Shown here: in pieces, positions 13,201 to 25,200 of the stretch
How the letters are laid out: every line of letters begins with the position of its first letter
Position numbering within the stretch: the stretch's first letter is position 1
Assembly: GCA_973895155.1 (NCBI GenBank)
Contig: OZ316892.1
Location: 29,208,932-29,272,931 of the forward strand
Length of the DNA stretch: 64,000 bases
Reading direction: 5' to 3'
Origin: Marsupella aquatica
Lineage: Eukaryota > Plantae > Marchantiophyta
Program-made: the position numbers and the translations under genes
The notes under the pieces: model-generated
What the model was told of the DNA's origin: nothing
The model's input: only the letters and a program-made list of their open reading frames with translations
The model's database searches: none

Positions 13201-13765
13201 TTTATATGGTGTGCAGGCTTACGCGATGGCAAGAGACGAGGGCCTCCCAGGCTTCAAATATCTGACTAGGCTGAGAAAGTCGGACAAGATCCCAATCATA
13301 GCAACCATTGTGACAGTGGTCGGATCCTTCATCTGCACTCTCCCTGCGCTGGGTAGCAGCGTGGCCTTCACTGCCATCACCGCCATGTCCACAATCACTG
13401 CCTATGGACCATACACTGTGGTGCTGATTGTGAGGTACTTGTACAACAACAATTTCGTGCATGGACCATTTTCGTTAGGGAAATGGGGGCCACTGATCGG
13501 CGGATGGGGTGCGTTCTGGGGCGGATTGATGTGCATTTTCTTCTGCTTCCCTCCATCGTATCCCGTCACCGCCTCAACCTTAAACTACGCCCCAATCAGC
13601 CTCAGCGGCTGCCTGGTCGTAGGAGTGATCTACTGGTTTTGGAGCGGACGGAAGACGTTCCACGGGCCGAAACGCTCGATCGAGGTCGACGACGAACTGA
13701 GGCTGGACAATCTAGCTCGTGACGCGAGAGTGCACACCGTTCCTGCTAGCTATGGGGAAGCGTAA
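10206..13765 (+). CDS. Amino-acid permease, APC superfamily, ACT (BAT1/GABA-permease-like) family, about 569 aa, 4 exons
   Basis: Exons 10206-10769, 11414-11855, 12485-12639 and 13217-13765, all GT-AG and phase-consistent (1710 nt). Motifs include LNELGY, YGGPVTIFWG, MSEVCSAFPTLGSVYYW, ARMAYAMARDEGLP, GPFSLGKWG and LNYAPI, with many hydrophobic segments. Confidence 0.92.
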
Positions 13766-16700
13766 GATGATTGCATGATGATTCAACAAGCTTCGACTTA
13801 CAGTACTGAGAGCTCGAAATAACTCAGCTCTCCAAAGTAGTTACCGACATCGGTGCGTCTAAGATGGTCCCAACTTTTCTTGCTAGTAGGGGAGGCTGGC
13901 AACTTATGTAAATCCTCCATAACCACCAGGGTTTTAAGGAACAACCCATCAGCTGATAAGTGCATATATCTTCATGGCCATTGTAGTAGCATTTTAGAGG
14001 ACAAATTACACACTACGTACAAGGCTCCGGTGAACATAGTAGCTTTGTTGTAACAGTACAGGATGATGAATTCACATCCCCGGAGGATGTTCGCAAGCTA
14101 CTTGAGGTTGGATGGGGACCTGGCTACCCCGGCATCCTCCTCTATTTGGATGGATGATCTTGTCATCCTGTAGCGTACTGAGCTTTGCAGTACAAAGATA
14201 GGTGGGTACGTGGCCGCAAGTGGCTTTGCTCACCTCGAGTTGAGTTCGAGATGTATACATTTCAATAAACAAAAATAATTTTGAGTATGTAAGCAGGATC
14301 CATTCCATATCTCATGTTCTTTCCTGTCTTGAATGCAGTTTCAGAGTCAATCATACACCTAAGTACCTAGGCACTGGCTAGACTTGATTAATTATCAGGC
14401 AGTGCATAAACCCTCTATAAACCTCTCCCAACGTTGAAGAGAGCTGCTTAATTCTCGTTAACTGGCCGGTGATAATGGCAGTAGCTCAATAACCGAAGCA
14501 ATTAGATCACGTGCATATATTTCACGTCAACAGTGGGGTTCAATTGTCTGATAGAAATGTTCGTACGTCGATGCATATGCATCATCAACAGCCATAGATA
14601 TAGACGATTAAAGGAGAAAGCTTTGCAAAGACTTCTGCTAAAAATCTCTAACTTGATTGGATTTCTCGAAGCTACACTAGATCTTCTGCAGTTTTGAAGA
14701 GACGAGGAAGAGACGGAAGGAGCGAAGAGCGTCGCTACTACAAGTTAGGGTCTGGTCGGAATTGGGTAGAGGATATTCCTATCGAAATTGCGGGTCCAGC
14801 TACCACCTAGTAACCACCCACCCATGCCACATACACCGGACTTTGCTCTGAGTATTTGCAGGAGGTAGTAACTATGAAGTACGTACAGGATGCATCAAGT
14901 CAACGGTCCTTTGTTGTCTGATAAGGTGGAGTTTGAACATCGACAGGATTATTATTTGGTCTCAAGTCCAGGACAGGTCTCGAGGCTCGAGCACAGCAAA
15001 CTGAAGCGTTGGAGGGCCAGACCGGTCAGCAGCTTTGTGCAAGGCGAGTGATTAATATATAGTCCGATTGGTTTCAGCAATCTGGCCCCACCGGCTGAGC
15101 ATGCGCCCCTGCCCCATTCTCAGGCGGTTTCGCAAGGGTTTATCTGTTGCAGAGAACCTATGCAGCGAACCTATGCGCCAGAGTGAAATCTCTCGACCAT
15201 GAAATTGACGGACATTGGGAACTACACTGCCACCATGCATAGCATGCAGAATGAATGAAAAGCTTAGATTACCACAATTCTGTCACCGAGCATAACAGTC
15301 AGCGAAAAACTACTAGAGAAGACTTCCCGTTTTTATAAAAAGCATCTTCACCAACCGAATCAGAATTCGGGTCAAAGTTTTGACAATTGAATACAACAGC
15401 GGTGGTCAATAGAGCTGGTCCATACAGCAGATTTCGATAGCATTCTGCCAGGGGCCCAAGCCTAATGTTCTTATGCATTTTCTATTTTATTATGGCTGTC
15501 ATTCTAAGACCAAATGTATATTGACCACACGAGAAGGTACCAAGCCTTCTGTTTGGAGTGCTGAATGATTGGATCCTTGTAATACCTACGATAATTGGTC
15601 CCTTAGCTCTTTTCTTTGTCCTGTGACTTGCTTTTTGTTCTAGTCGGTAATAGGTCACTGCATGCACTTATCTCCAGCTGCGAGTAATCTGAACATTTAC
15701 CCGGACGGGATGGAAACCGTCGATGAATGGGAAGTGCTGTAGGTAGGTACTTCTGGTCTTCTTGTTTAGGAAGGAGAGGAAATAGGAGTGGGGTGGGAAG
15801 GGAAGGCGTTGGAAACCCAAAAAAATGATCATTTCACTCATTGGAACACTTCAAAGGCACAAGGCACTGGAACCAGGAGGGCCCCATCAGAAAGCAACAA
15901 GAAGGCCCTCAAGAGAGTGCACAAGTATCGTTATTGAGTTATCAAGACTGCATCGAGTTTGAGCTATTTCTACATATATAAGATTTTACGGAACTGTATA
16001 TTTAAGGTGCTGCAAACAGAAATTCTACTTTGTTCCTTGCCCTTGGACTGGCTGTTTGAACTGTATGACAACTCCTTAGAATGCATCTCAGAATCTATCA
16101 AACCTATGATAGGTGGCTACCTTAACACTAAATCTTTTGTTTCTCGAATGGCGTGGTCATTCTCTTGCCAATGCACTGTAGAGATCATATGAACCGCTTG
16201 AATTTGAATACAGTTTAACCTGTCCGCAAAAGGTAATTCCACTGCATCGATTGGATGTCTCTAGAATCCATATTCCCCTGCTCATTGCCCATACGCGCGG
16301 GTAAAGAAAACTATTTCATTTTGGGCTCAAGAACAAAAGCGCTGAGAGTATTACTTTTGCTGCTCAGATGGGTTCCAGAATTATTCCTCGTCGTACCCAG
16401 TCTCGTCCCTAAATATCAATTTCATTTTAATCTTAATAACTTATAAGTAGGAACGAAATGGTCCTTAGTACTTCTCTTTGAAGGAAAAATTGTAAGTGAC
16501 TAGCATATAGGCTAGAAAAGCTATTTCGTTTGCAGTGATCTCCGTTCCTGATTTTGTCGGGAAATCACATATCTCTCTTTGGGGAAGGAGGTCTTTGGGA
16601 TCTCACTCCTCACTGCTTCTAGTAGAGATCAAATAGTCCTTTTTATTGGCAACATAATTTTCTTGCTCTCATTGCCAAAACTTTGACGGCACCCCATTCC

Positions 16701-18059
16701 TTTCGGTAAATTTACTTAAAGAAAAAGTCTAGATTCTAAGCACATTCAGAGAAAACGAATGGAAATCGTCTGTAAATTCCTTTTGTCTAAATGCCTTCAT
16801 GTTCAGTAAAGTTTGATTTCTAAAACAAGAACCGTGCTCTGCACAATCTCAACCCATTGCTAATTAATATTCGGTCCATTCGAGAATTTTGCAGGTGAAT
16901 CATTAGAAGAAGCACAATGGCTGAGCTCGATAGCACAGCAAGATCTACGAAATCACGCCGAGATCCCACAGTGACTAAACTGGAAAACTCCCCACGGACT
17001 AGGTCATGCTTAGTTTTATATCTTCGCATCAGGTTATGATCAATGCCTGAGTCCTGCTCTGTGTCGAATTATCAGAGTCTTTTTGAAAGAAGTCCTCTGT
17101 AACGTCAAGTCCATTGTAGAATTATCAGAGTCTTTTTGAAAGAAGTCCTCTGTAACGTCAAAGTCCATCCACAGTAGAGAGTGGCAAAACCCTTAGATAA
17201 GGCAGTTAATAGGATAGAGATGTACCATCAATCCATAATCCATACGCTTCAATCCTTCCCTTGATTTCCATGATGTGCATACAGATTGAACAGAATTAGG
17301 CTCAAAAAGCTATAATGGAAGAACTTCATTAAATCAATGACTGCATGACTTCAACAAGTTGATGAATAAAATTCGTTTCAAAGTCCGTAGATCTGTAGTT
17401 GGGAACGGTAACTTCATCGAGGTTTTTCAGTCACAGAACAAATCCTCGGAATTGGCTTTAAAAATGGTGAATCGCTTGCAAGGACTAGAAATTCAGCTAC
17501 AAGAGATGGCAGGAGTTATCACGATACTCTTATGTCAGCTGCATTTACCTTGATACTCTTATAATTCAACTGCATTCACCTTGATTTCGTGGATGAATTT
17601 CAGGGACCAGAAACCCAGCTACTCCATCTTTCTCAACCTTAAACCCATAATCAAGCTTATAATTCACGGTCCTGCTGAACACAGTTTGCTCTCTGTTTAG
17701 AAAAGAGCTATTCAGTACGTAGCTTATAATTCACGGTACTGCTGAACACAGTTTGCTCTCTGTTTAGAACAGAGCTATTTAGTACGTAGCTTTTGAGAAG
17801 TGATAGGCCAGCAAGAAGAACTAAGTCAGGCTAATCTCAGTTGCGCGGCTTGGCCAAGGATACTATATTCAGTGTGCAGTAGTTGGTCTTCCCAAGGAAA
17901 GGGTGACACAGGTGGGTGCTCCAAACCGGGCGAACAGAAGGCTTAAGTCATTAATTTTTAGCCCCTCGTCATTTGTCGGCACTGGGGTCGGCACCAAGAT
18001 AGTTCTCTCACTTAAGAACCTATTGTCCACATTAGTAAGCAATGGGTAAATGCATGAAT

Positions 18060-18490
18060 CAATGATTCCACGTGTCCTCCATCCACCACCATAGACCGGG
18101 CCAGAGACTCAGGGCAAGTAATAAGATTATTTGAAGGCCCTTGTTCTGGGAGTTTATCATCGTCCAATTGTAGTAGCCACTTACTCTGCAAATTATGTAA
18201 CATTACCAAATTCAGGAGACGCATTAGTTCCTCTCGCCCGCATATTTTCAATTAGCTTCAAAGTCCATATACAACTCCAGACATAAGACTTCTTCAAACA
18301 CGACCCCACAATCCCAGACAACTTGCCCTTGCCTTCACTAGAAGCACTTGTTGAAAATCACATGGAAATACAACTACAACCCCTCCAAAGATTTGCTCAT
18401 TATCTCATATGTCACGTAAAATTCTATCCAATGCTTCCACTCCATGTCGATGGATCATGGGTGCTTCATCCCACAAAATAAAAGTTGCCC
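18060..18490 (-). mobile_element. Degenerate PIF1-like helicase fragment (Helitron RepHel remnant)
   Basis: The minus strand translates [47 protein letters not shown] ... KSYVWSCIWTLKLIENMR ... WLLQLDDD. These are PIF1 motifs II-IV with a stop and frameshifts. Confidence 0.85.
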
Positions 18491-19290
18491 TATGCCCGTG
18501 CATTGCACAAAAGATTCTGAGATAAGGGCAAGATGTTCAGGCAAGGGAAAGATGCCAAGGTGAGGGCACGATGTCAAGAGAGGAAAAGAAGTTGAGGTGA
18601 TGGCAAGATGTCAAACTAGGGCAAGATGTCGAGGAGAGAGCAATATGTCGAGGCAAGGGAAAGATGTCGAGGTGAGGGAAAGATGTCGAGGTGAGGGAAA
18701 GATGTCGAGGTGAAAAAATATGTCAAGGAGAGAAAAAGATGTCAGACAGAGGAAAACATGTCAAGGAGAGAAAAAATATTGAGGTGAGAAAATGAAGTTG
18801 AGTGAGAAAAGATGTTGAAAAGAATGTTGAAAAGAATGTAGAAGAGAAGATGTCAAGGAGGAAAAATGTTGAGTTTAGATGAGGTGAGGATAGATGTTCA
18901 GGTGAGAAAAAGACATTGTGCGAGGTGAGAAAATATGTCAAGGAGAGAAACGTTTGATGTCAAGACCGCAAGAAAAGATGTTGTCTGAGGTGAGAAAAAA
19001 ATGTTGAGGTCTCAATTGAGGTGTGAAAATAATATCGAGGAGAGAAAAAAACTTAAGGAGAAAGAATGTCAAGAAGAGAAAAGTTGTCAATGTGAGAAAA
19101 CAATTTTGAGGTCAGGAGATGTCAAGTGGAGAAAAAGATGTCAAGGAGGAAAAATATGTTGAGATGAGAAAACAAAGTTAAGGCGAGAAAAAATGTCAAG
19201 GCAAGACAAAAATGTCAAGGCAAAGCATGTCCCAAGGAGTTGTTGGGAGGGCAAGGGTGAGGGCAGCGCAAGACAGCCAGGGGCAGTGGT
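18491..19290 (-). mobile_element. Helitron-family minisatellite element, degenerate 3' hairpin without CTAG
   Basis: CCCGTGCATTGCACAAAAGAT at about 18495 is the same hairpin as 3655 in reverse. It is followed by AAGATGTCGAGGTGAGGGAA-type repeats like those at 29550-30055. Confidence 0.6.
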
Positions 19291-21049
19291 TTAGGGTTTG
19301 GAGTACCCTAACCCCAGTGCTATATGGACGGGAAAAATATTATTTCCCTTGTTCTCCTTCTTTTTGTTTTCCCTCCTCTCTTGTGCCCTCCCTCTCTCTC
19401 CTTCCAACGTCCCTCCCTGGCTATTCAGCTCCCTCCCTCCCCCCTCTAACATGATTAAAAGATAAGAAAAAAACAGGGAGGAAAACACAAAATGATCTGA
19501 AAGAAAAATGAAAATTTCCCTTCTCCCTAGCAAAAAGCCAAAAAAACAAACTCAGATTATACCAATGTAATGTACTTAGAGCAAGTATATCCATGGGTAT
19601 CCCCTTCCATTAGGGTATCCCCTTTCACTTAATCTCAGGGTATTAAAATCAATGGAATATATTTGATGGTATTAGTTGTTCCATCATTTTTCACTTTTTT
19701 AAAATAGACTGCACAAAAGCTTTTGGCGGGATAAACTTTTATAGTGTTTAATAGCTCAACATTCATGTTTTGCACAGAAAATGTTGTCTAAAACATGTTG
19801 ATGCGTAAAATATATTGTTGTGCGAATAATATCAATGTAGAAAAGATATTGTTTATAAAATAACTCATATTGCAAAAAAAGGAAAAGAAATCTTGTGGAT
19901 TTATATCTAAGCACAAAAAAGGAGTGATTTATCTCTGACCACAAAAAAAACTTTTTTTGTGTAAAGTCCCTTTATATCTTACCTTTATATCTTACTAACT
20001 TTCCACAATTCCTTTATATCTTAATACCTTTTTGTCTCCCTATTCTCCCCATGCTCTCCCGTTTTTTTCTCCTGGCTGCTTTCCCTTCCTCCATCTCTCC
20101 CCGTTTTCCTTCCCTCCAAGACCATTCAAAAAGAGAAATTTTTGGGAAGGAAAGATTTTTTATTTTTTTTCAATGAACCGGAGAAGGGCCAGAACCCGCA
20201 CACACCACCAGGGGGACAAAAACCACCCCCAGCGCCAACCCGAAAACCGGGAGGAAAAAAGAAAAAAGAAAAAAAACCCTAATCAGGCCAAAAGGACCTG
20301 TGAAGCCACCAGGTGGTAGCCAACCCCCAGCCCCTTTGGGCAGAACCCATCACCTTCCTACACCACGCATGTTGGTTAGGAAAATCATGCGAATGTTTGT
20401 GCTCCATCCCGAGCTGGCGTAGGTCAAACGTGGCGGGCAAACCAGAGTACATGTGGTTCCTACTCTTCATCCAAATATTGTCCCAAGGAGTTGAATCAAG
20501 CCAGTGTAACAGGGACAAACCTTCATCGTTCACTGTCATCAATAGAGAGGTCTAAGTAAGGCAACTGGACTCTCAGTCTGCTCCCATGCCCGGGTATGCA
20601 ACTCCCCTTTTTACAAGGCAAGTTTTTAATTCCTTATAATGGCCTTATATCCAATTGACCATCTTAGATTTCATTTTAGTCTACTAAAGTCTTGTACCTC
20701 TGAACTCAAGGAATCCAAAAATGTAACTTAAAAAAAAAACCAAACATGTTTTGATGTACAAAAAGTTGATCAAAACCAAATTATATGGGTTTTTTTTAAT
20801 ACAGGGGTCTACAACCAAACTAGCCAGCTTTTTAGGATTTTTATTAAAATTTTAAAAATCTTTTAATAAAAATTACAACATGTATAGGAATATTTGTTAA
20901 TTTCATATGGAAAATGAAGGAAACCAAACTTTTTATATCACTTGAAAATTTTTAAAAGTGGGAAACCCAGGTTTTTTCAAATTTTAATTATTTTGTATAG
21001 CCAACTTTTTAGTCCATATAAAAATGTAGACCCCTGTCTATTATATAAG

Positions 21050-21944
21050 AGTTGCATACCCGGGCTCCCATGGCTTCAGCACAAGCTGAATCTGGTCCAA
21101 GGCTTTCCTAACTTGCTTGCTTTTCCTAGGAGTGGTGCATCCCCCGTACAAGGCCCTGAGGGGAATTTTAGACTGTCGCAGGTCACCCATCCGGGGAGAC
21201 GCCCAAGGAATTGTGAGTATGTCACAGCGTTTCGTTCTTTCCATATGCTATTGCATAGTTCCATCAGAATGATAAGTGGCCCAGGTTTCCGTTTGTGTGT
21301 CCTGACCGCATAAGAAATTGTGGTAAACAAATTGTGGTTAGGAAACTTAAGAGCTGGAGCCCCCTGCAGGGCATTGTACACCTCTTGCCACCGCTCGGTC
21401 ACCATTCTGCGCTGAAATAAAGGTGTTCCGTGTGCTCAAAACAGAGCTTGCATCTAGCACATACCCCATCACTCACCTTCCAGTGGCTTCACCTACCTTT
21501 GGTGAAAAAACCATGGTTAAGCAACCTCCAAATCAGAAATCTCACTTTCGGAAATGTCCATCCCCCCCACAGGCTCTTCCATAGTTGATTCCATTGTGCC
21601 CTGGTCTTCAGCTGTCCCCATCTCCTGTTAATCTTGGTCACGTCAAGGTTAGACTTCGGGGAACATTGGATTCGGACCTTATTTGGAAATCTCCATCCAC
21701 AATTCTTCCCTTTCCAAGTGCACTGCCAGCTTTCGCAATGGTGCAGATTCCCTTCAAAAAGGCCATTACTTCTTCTCAGCATGTCATAGAACCTGTTGAA
21801 AGCATCAAAACCAGTGTCTATTGCTCTGTATGCGATTGCAAAGGGTGTCGCTATCCAACCAGCCGTCCATGGGGGAGAAAAGGTCTGATATCCTTTTAAT
21901 TCATTGGGAAGGAAAGATAACCATCTATCCCTTCTCAAGAGCAA
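21050..21944 (-). mobile_element. L1-type non-LTR retrotransposon fragment (zf-RVT region), degenerate
   Basis: WNQLWKSLWGGWTFPKVRFLIWRLLNHGFFT, then an in-frame stop and CARC...EHLYF, then IWKERN. This is the zinc-binding region that follows RT in plant L1 ORF2. Confidence 0.8.
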
Positions 21945-22217
21945 AGAGCCAAAAAAAACTTTCTATGTTATCACTTCCCTTTTTTCCGCTCCATGCCAAA
22001 ACCTCAAACTCTGGTGAATCTATTGCTGGAATTTAGTTCTATGCTTTAGCCTATTCTCCTTTGATGCACCATGCCAAAAAACTACGTCATATGAATACGA
22101 TGTACCCTAGCATGTGTACTGCAGCCTGTATGTACTATAACAGCAATAAAAGGTACCCTTTAGGTACAAAACCCTGCATTTCATACACAGACAATGACCA
22201 CTAAAAAGCTCGGCATC

Positions 22218-25200
22218 TTTACGGACCCCACTAGAGGTCCCTTCCAAAATTCCTGGCACCACAACGTGCCACGTCAACAACAACCGCAACAAACAAGACT
22301 CGTCGGTTTTGTGAATCAAATTTATAGTTTTCATTCGTGTTTGTGTCAATTTGGGTGTAAATTTTGGGACGCCATGCCGTAAAAAGAAAAGTAAAAACAT
22401 TGGAAATGCAAAGAGCAAGACGGTTAAAACTGTCACTATGTAACCGTTTTAGTTACATTTCCAATTTTAAAACTTAAATTCAAAGATTTATAAAAAGTAT
22501 TTTTCATATAATAAATAATGACTAATAACTAACTTGATAACTTCCTTGCTAAACCGCAACTTCCGGTATGTAAGGACCTCTCGTATTGTACGGCATTAAT
22601 GCTGGGAAGAGCACATAGAAACCCGGGATCAGGGAGGATTGGCTGGAATCTTGAAAGTTCATTGAATTTTATACTCAAAACTATTTACTCATTCTCAAAA
22701 CAAAAAATACCCAGTGGTAGATCTCATTGAGATCCTTTCTTTTGCACCCTAGATCGCCTTCTAACATGGATGAATAAGATTTCCAGAGGCATTACAAAAT
22801 GGACGGCAAAGATCGTAAAATCAACAAAATCGACGGCTAGGAAGGCTTGGATTTGTTTAATTTTTCATTTGAAAAATATTAACCCATTTGCAAAACGGAC
22901 AGAACCCATCCATAGATCTATTTGAGATCTTTCTTTTGAGCCATAGATTGGCCATTATGATGGACGGACGAGATTTCCGGAGTTAAGAAATGGAGACGGC
23001 TCAGATCGACTCTTCCCCCTGATTTTATTAGCCAAGGGGTCCACGAACTAATTGATTACAGTGTTTGATAATTAGTAGCCTATATAGTAGTATTGTCAAT
23101 CACAATAATTGCCAAGAAAAGAGTTGTTGAAAGAATGAACATTTTTGTTGAGGGTAGAAGCTAGTAGTGTTGTGGTGTTGCATGGAAGTGTTGTCATTTT
23201 GGAAGTTGTTGTGATTCAAATGTAGCATTTGCGTCCAATCATGGTTATTGAATTTTCAATATAGAAAGCAACACATGTACAGATGGGGAGGGGAGGCAGA
23301 ATTGGGTGAAGGCAAATAATGATGGTCAACAGAAATTGGTGAGTGAAACAAAATTGAAAGAGAAAGCTTGTGTTGTATGTGCACATGAGGAGGAGAGTTG
23401 AGGTGGGGTTTGTGATTGGGGTCAGGAATGAGAAACTTTAAGGAAAGACAGAATTACAGTTTGAAGTCCAAATAAGGGGCAAGAAGTCTTTCACTAGATG
23501 GGAAAGGGAATTCATTTTAATTTTTCAGTTATGTTTTTACTTAATTAATGACTATTTTTCAATAATTATAGCCTCCTCCCTTCCCCTCCCCTTCTCCATT
23601 CTACCTTGTTCCACCAAATATTCCTGCACATCATCTGACGGTAAAGCAATGTTCCCTCCTTTTTCTCTTTTTGCAAATGGATGATGAGGGGGATTTGGTG
23701 GGACCCTTATTATAGTTGTTACGAGCCCTATGCCCATGCGTTGCACGGTGCAAGGAGGGCTGGCCCATAGGGAGTCGGGCCAGAGAAATTATGGGGCAGC
23801 TAGCATGGGGAAGCACATATGCGCCAGGGGTCCCCATTTTCTCATATGGTCAGGGAAAACAGCCAAACAAATCCAATGGTTGTGGATCTTTAATTTTCCT
23901 GCCCAGGAGCTTTTTTGTATTGGGACAAAGGACAGAAAAACACGGGATCCCTCATTATAGTTGTAGATAGTTGTAGATTGTTGCCCATCATGTCCCACCA
24001 TTCTGTTAGGTATTTACTCAAGGTCTAGGGTTACGACATGTAACCGTAGCTAGGCTAACCATAGTTAGGCTAACCATAGTTAGGCTAACCATAGTTAGGC
24101 TAACCGTAGTTAGGCTAACCGTAGTCGGAGACATGGTTAGGTTAACTAGGTTATATGCCAAGCGGTGTTTTCTTGGATAAGTGGAACTTAGGCTCATTGT
24201 TACGGAGCCACTTGAGAGATGAGGAGAGCTTACACTGTGGAGACTTGGTATAGCCGACGGGCTTAGAGTTCAGTAATTAAAGCTTTCTTGTGTGTTCCCG
24301 TGCACGTAGCCTCGAGGAGGTGAACCACGTATCTCTTGTGTCGACTACTTGCGCATTGGATGTGTCATGTGCTTACCGTTGCGATTGTCGTTTATGCTCA
24401 ACACATTTCAAAGCTCCCCTAGGTACCCGTGCCCCCAATCGCTCACAGAAATTGACTACATAAGGGTGTTTGTCGTCCAAATTCCAAATAAAACCTCAGC
24501 GTAGCTACTGAAAATATGGGTATCCAAACTCTGGGGTCTCACTTGCTCAAAAATGGGGCAGCGTGTGTGACAAAACATAGGGTTGTTTAAGGAAAGACTT
24601 TTAAAACAATTGCAGAATAGCTTCAGCCAGGTCTTTTATAAATTGTTATGCTACTTATTGAAAAAGATAGGGTTCTCAAACTAGTTGGAATGCTCCAATA
24701 GTACCCAAAGCAATGGGGTAAAACATTCCCCAACAAAACTCTTTCTTCATAGTTTTAAGGTCTACAAGACCTAGCTAATAACATCACAGGTAATATGGGG
24801 GCTCAGTTATAGAATAGAACCCTAAGGATCCACAGAAATGCAGAAGTGCAGAACTGGCCAGATATTAATTGTCCGGTCCCAACAAGCACTGCCCAACATT
24901 GTTTTCTTTGTTGGGAGTAGGGAGGTCTGTAGTTTAAGGTCCATAAGTTGCCTACTGTAGTTGTTGCGCAAACGTACCCCACCCTCACTTGACACCAATT
25001 GGAAGCCCTTTGCACTGAAAAGACTGGACACTTAAAACTATTGGAGGTCACTCTCTTGTCACCTGAACAGGCAGCATCTAAGAGTGAGACCCTAGATGGT
25101 TCCACTTACATACTCAATATATTTTTTCCTATCTGTGAATGAACAGGTAGGCAACATATAATAAGTGAGATAATGATCAAGTGGGGCTTTCACAAGAACG

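Noticed and set aside
17066-17790. Short direct duplications (17066-17162, 17655-17790; also about 25790-25935, 42620-42725 and 63049-63153)
   Set aside because: Two-copy 50-75-bp slippage or repair duplications with no further structure.
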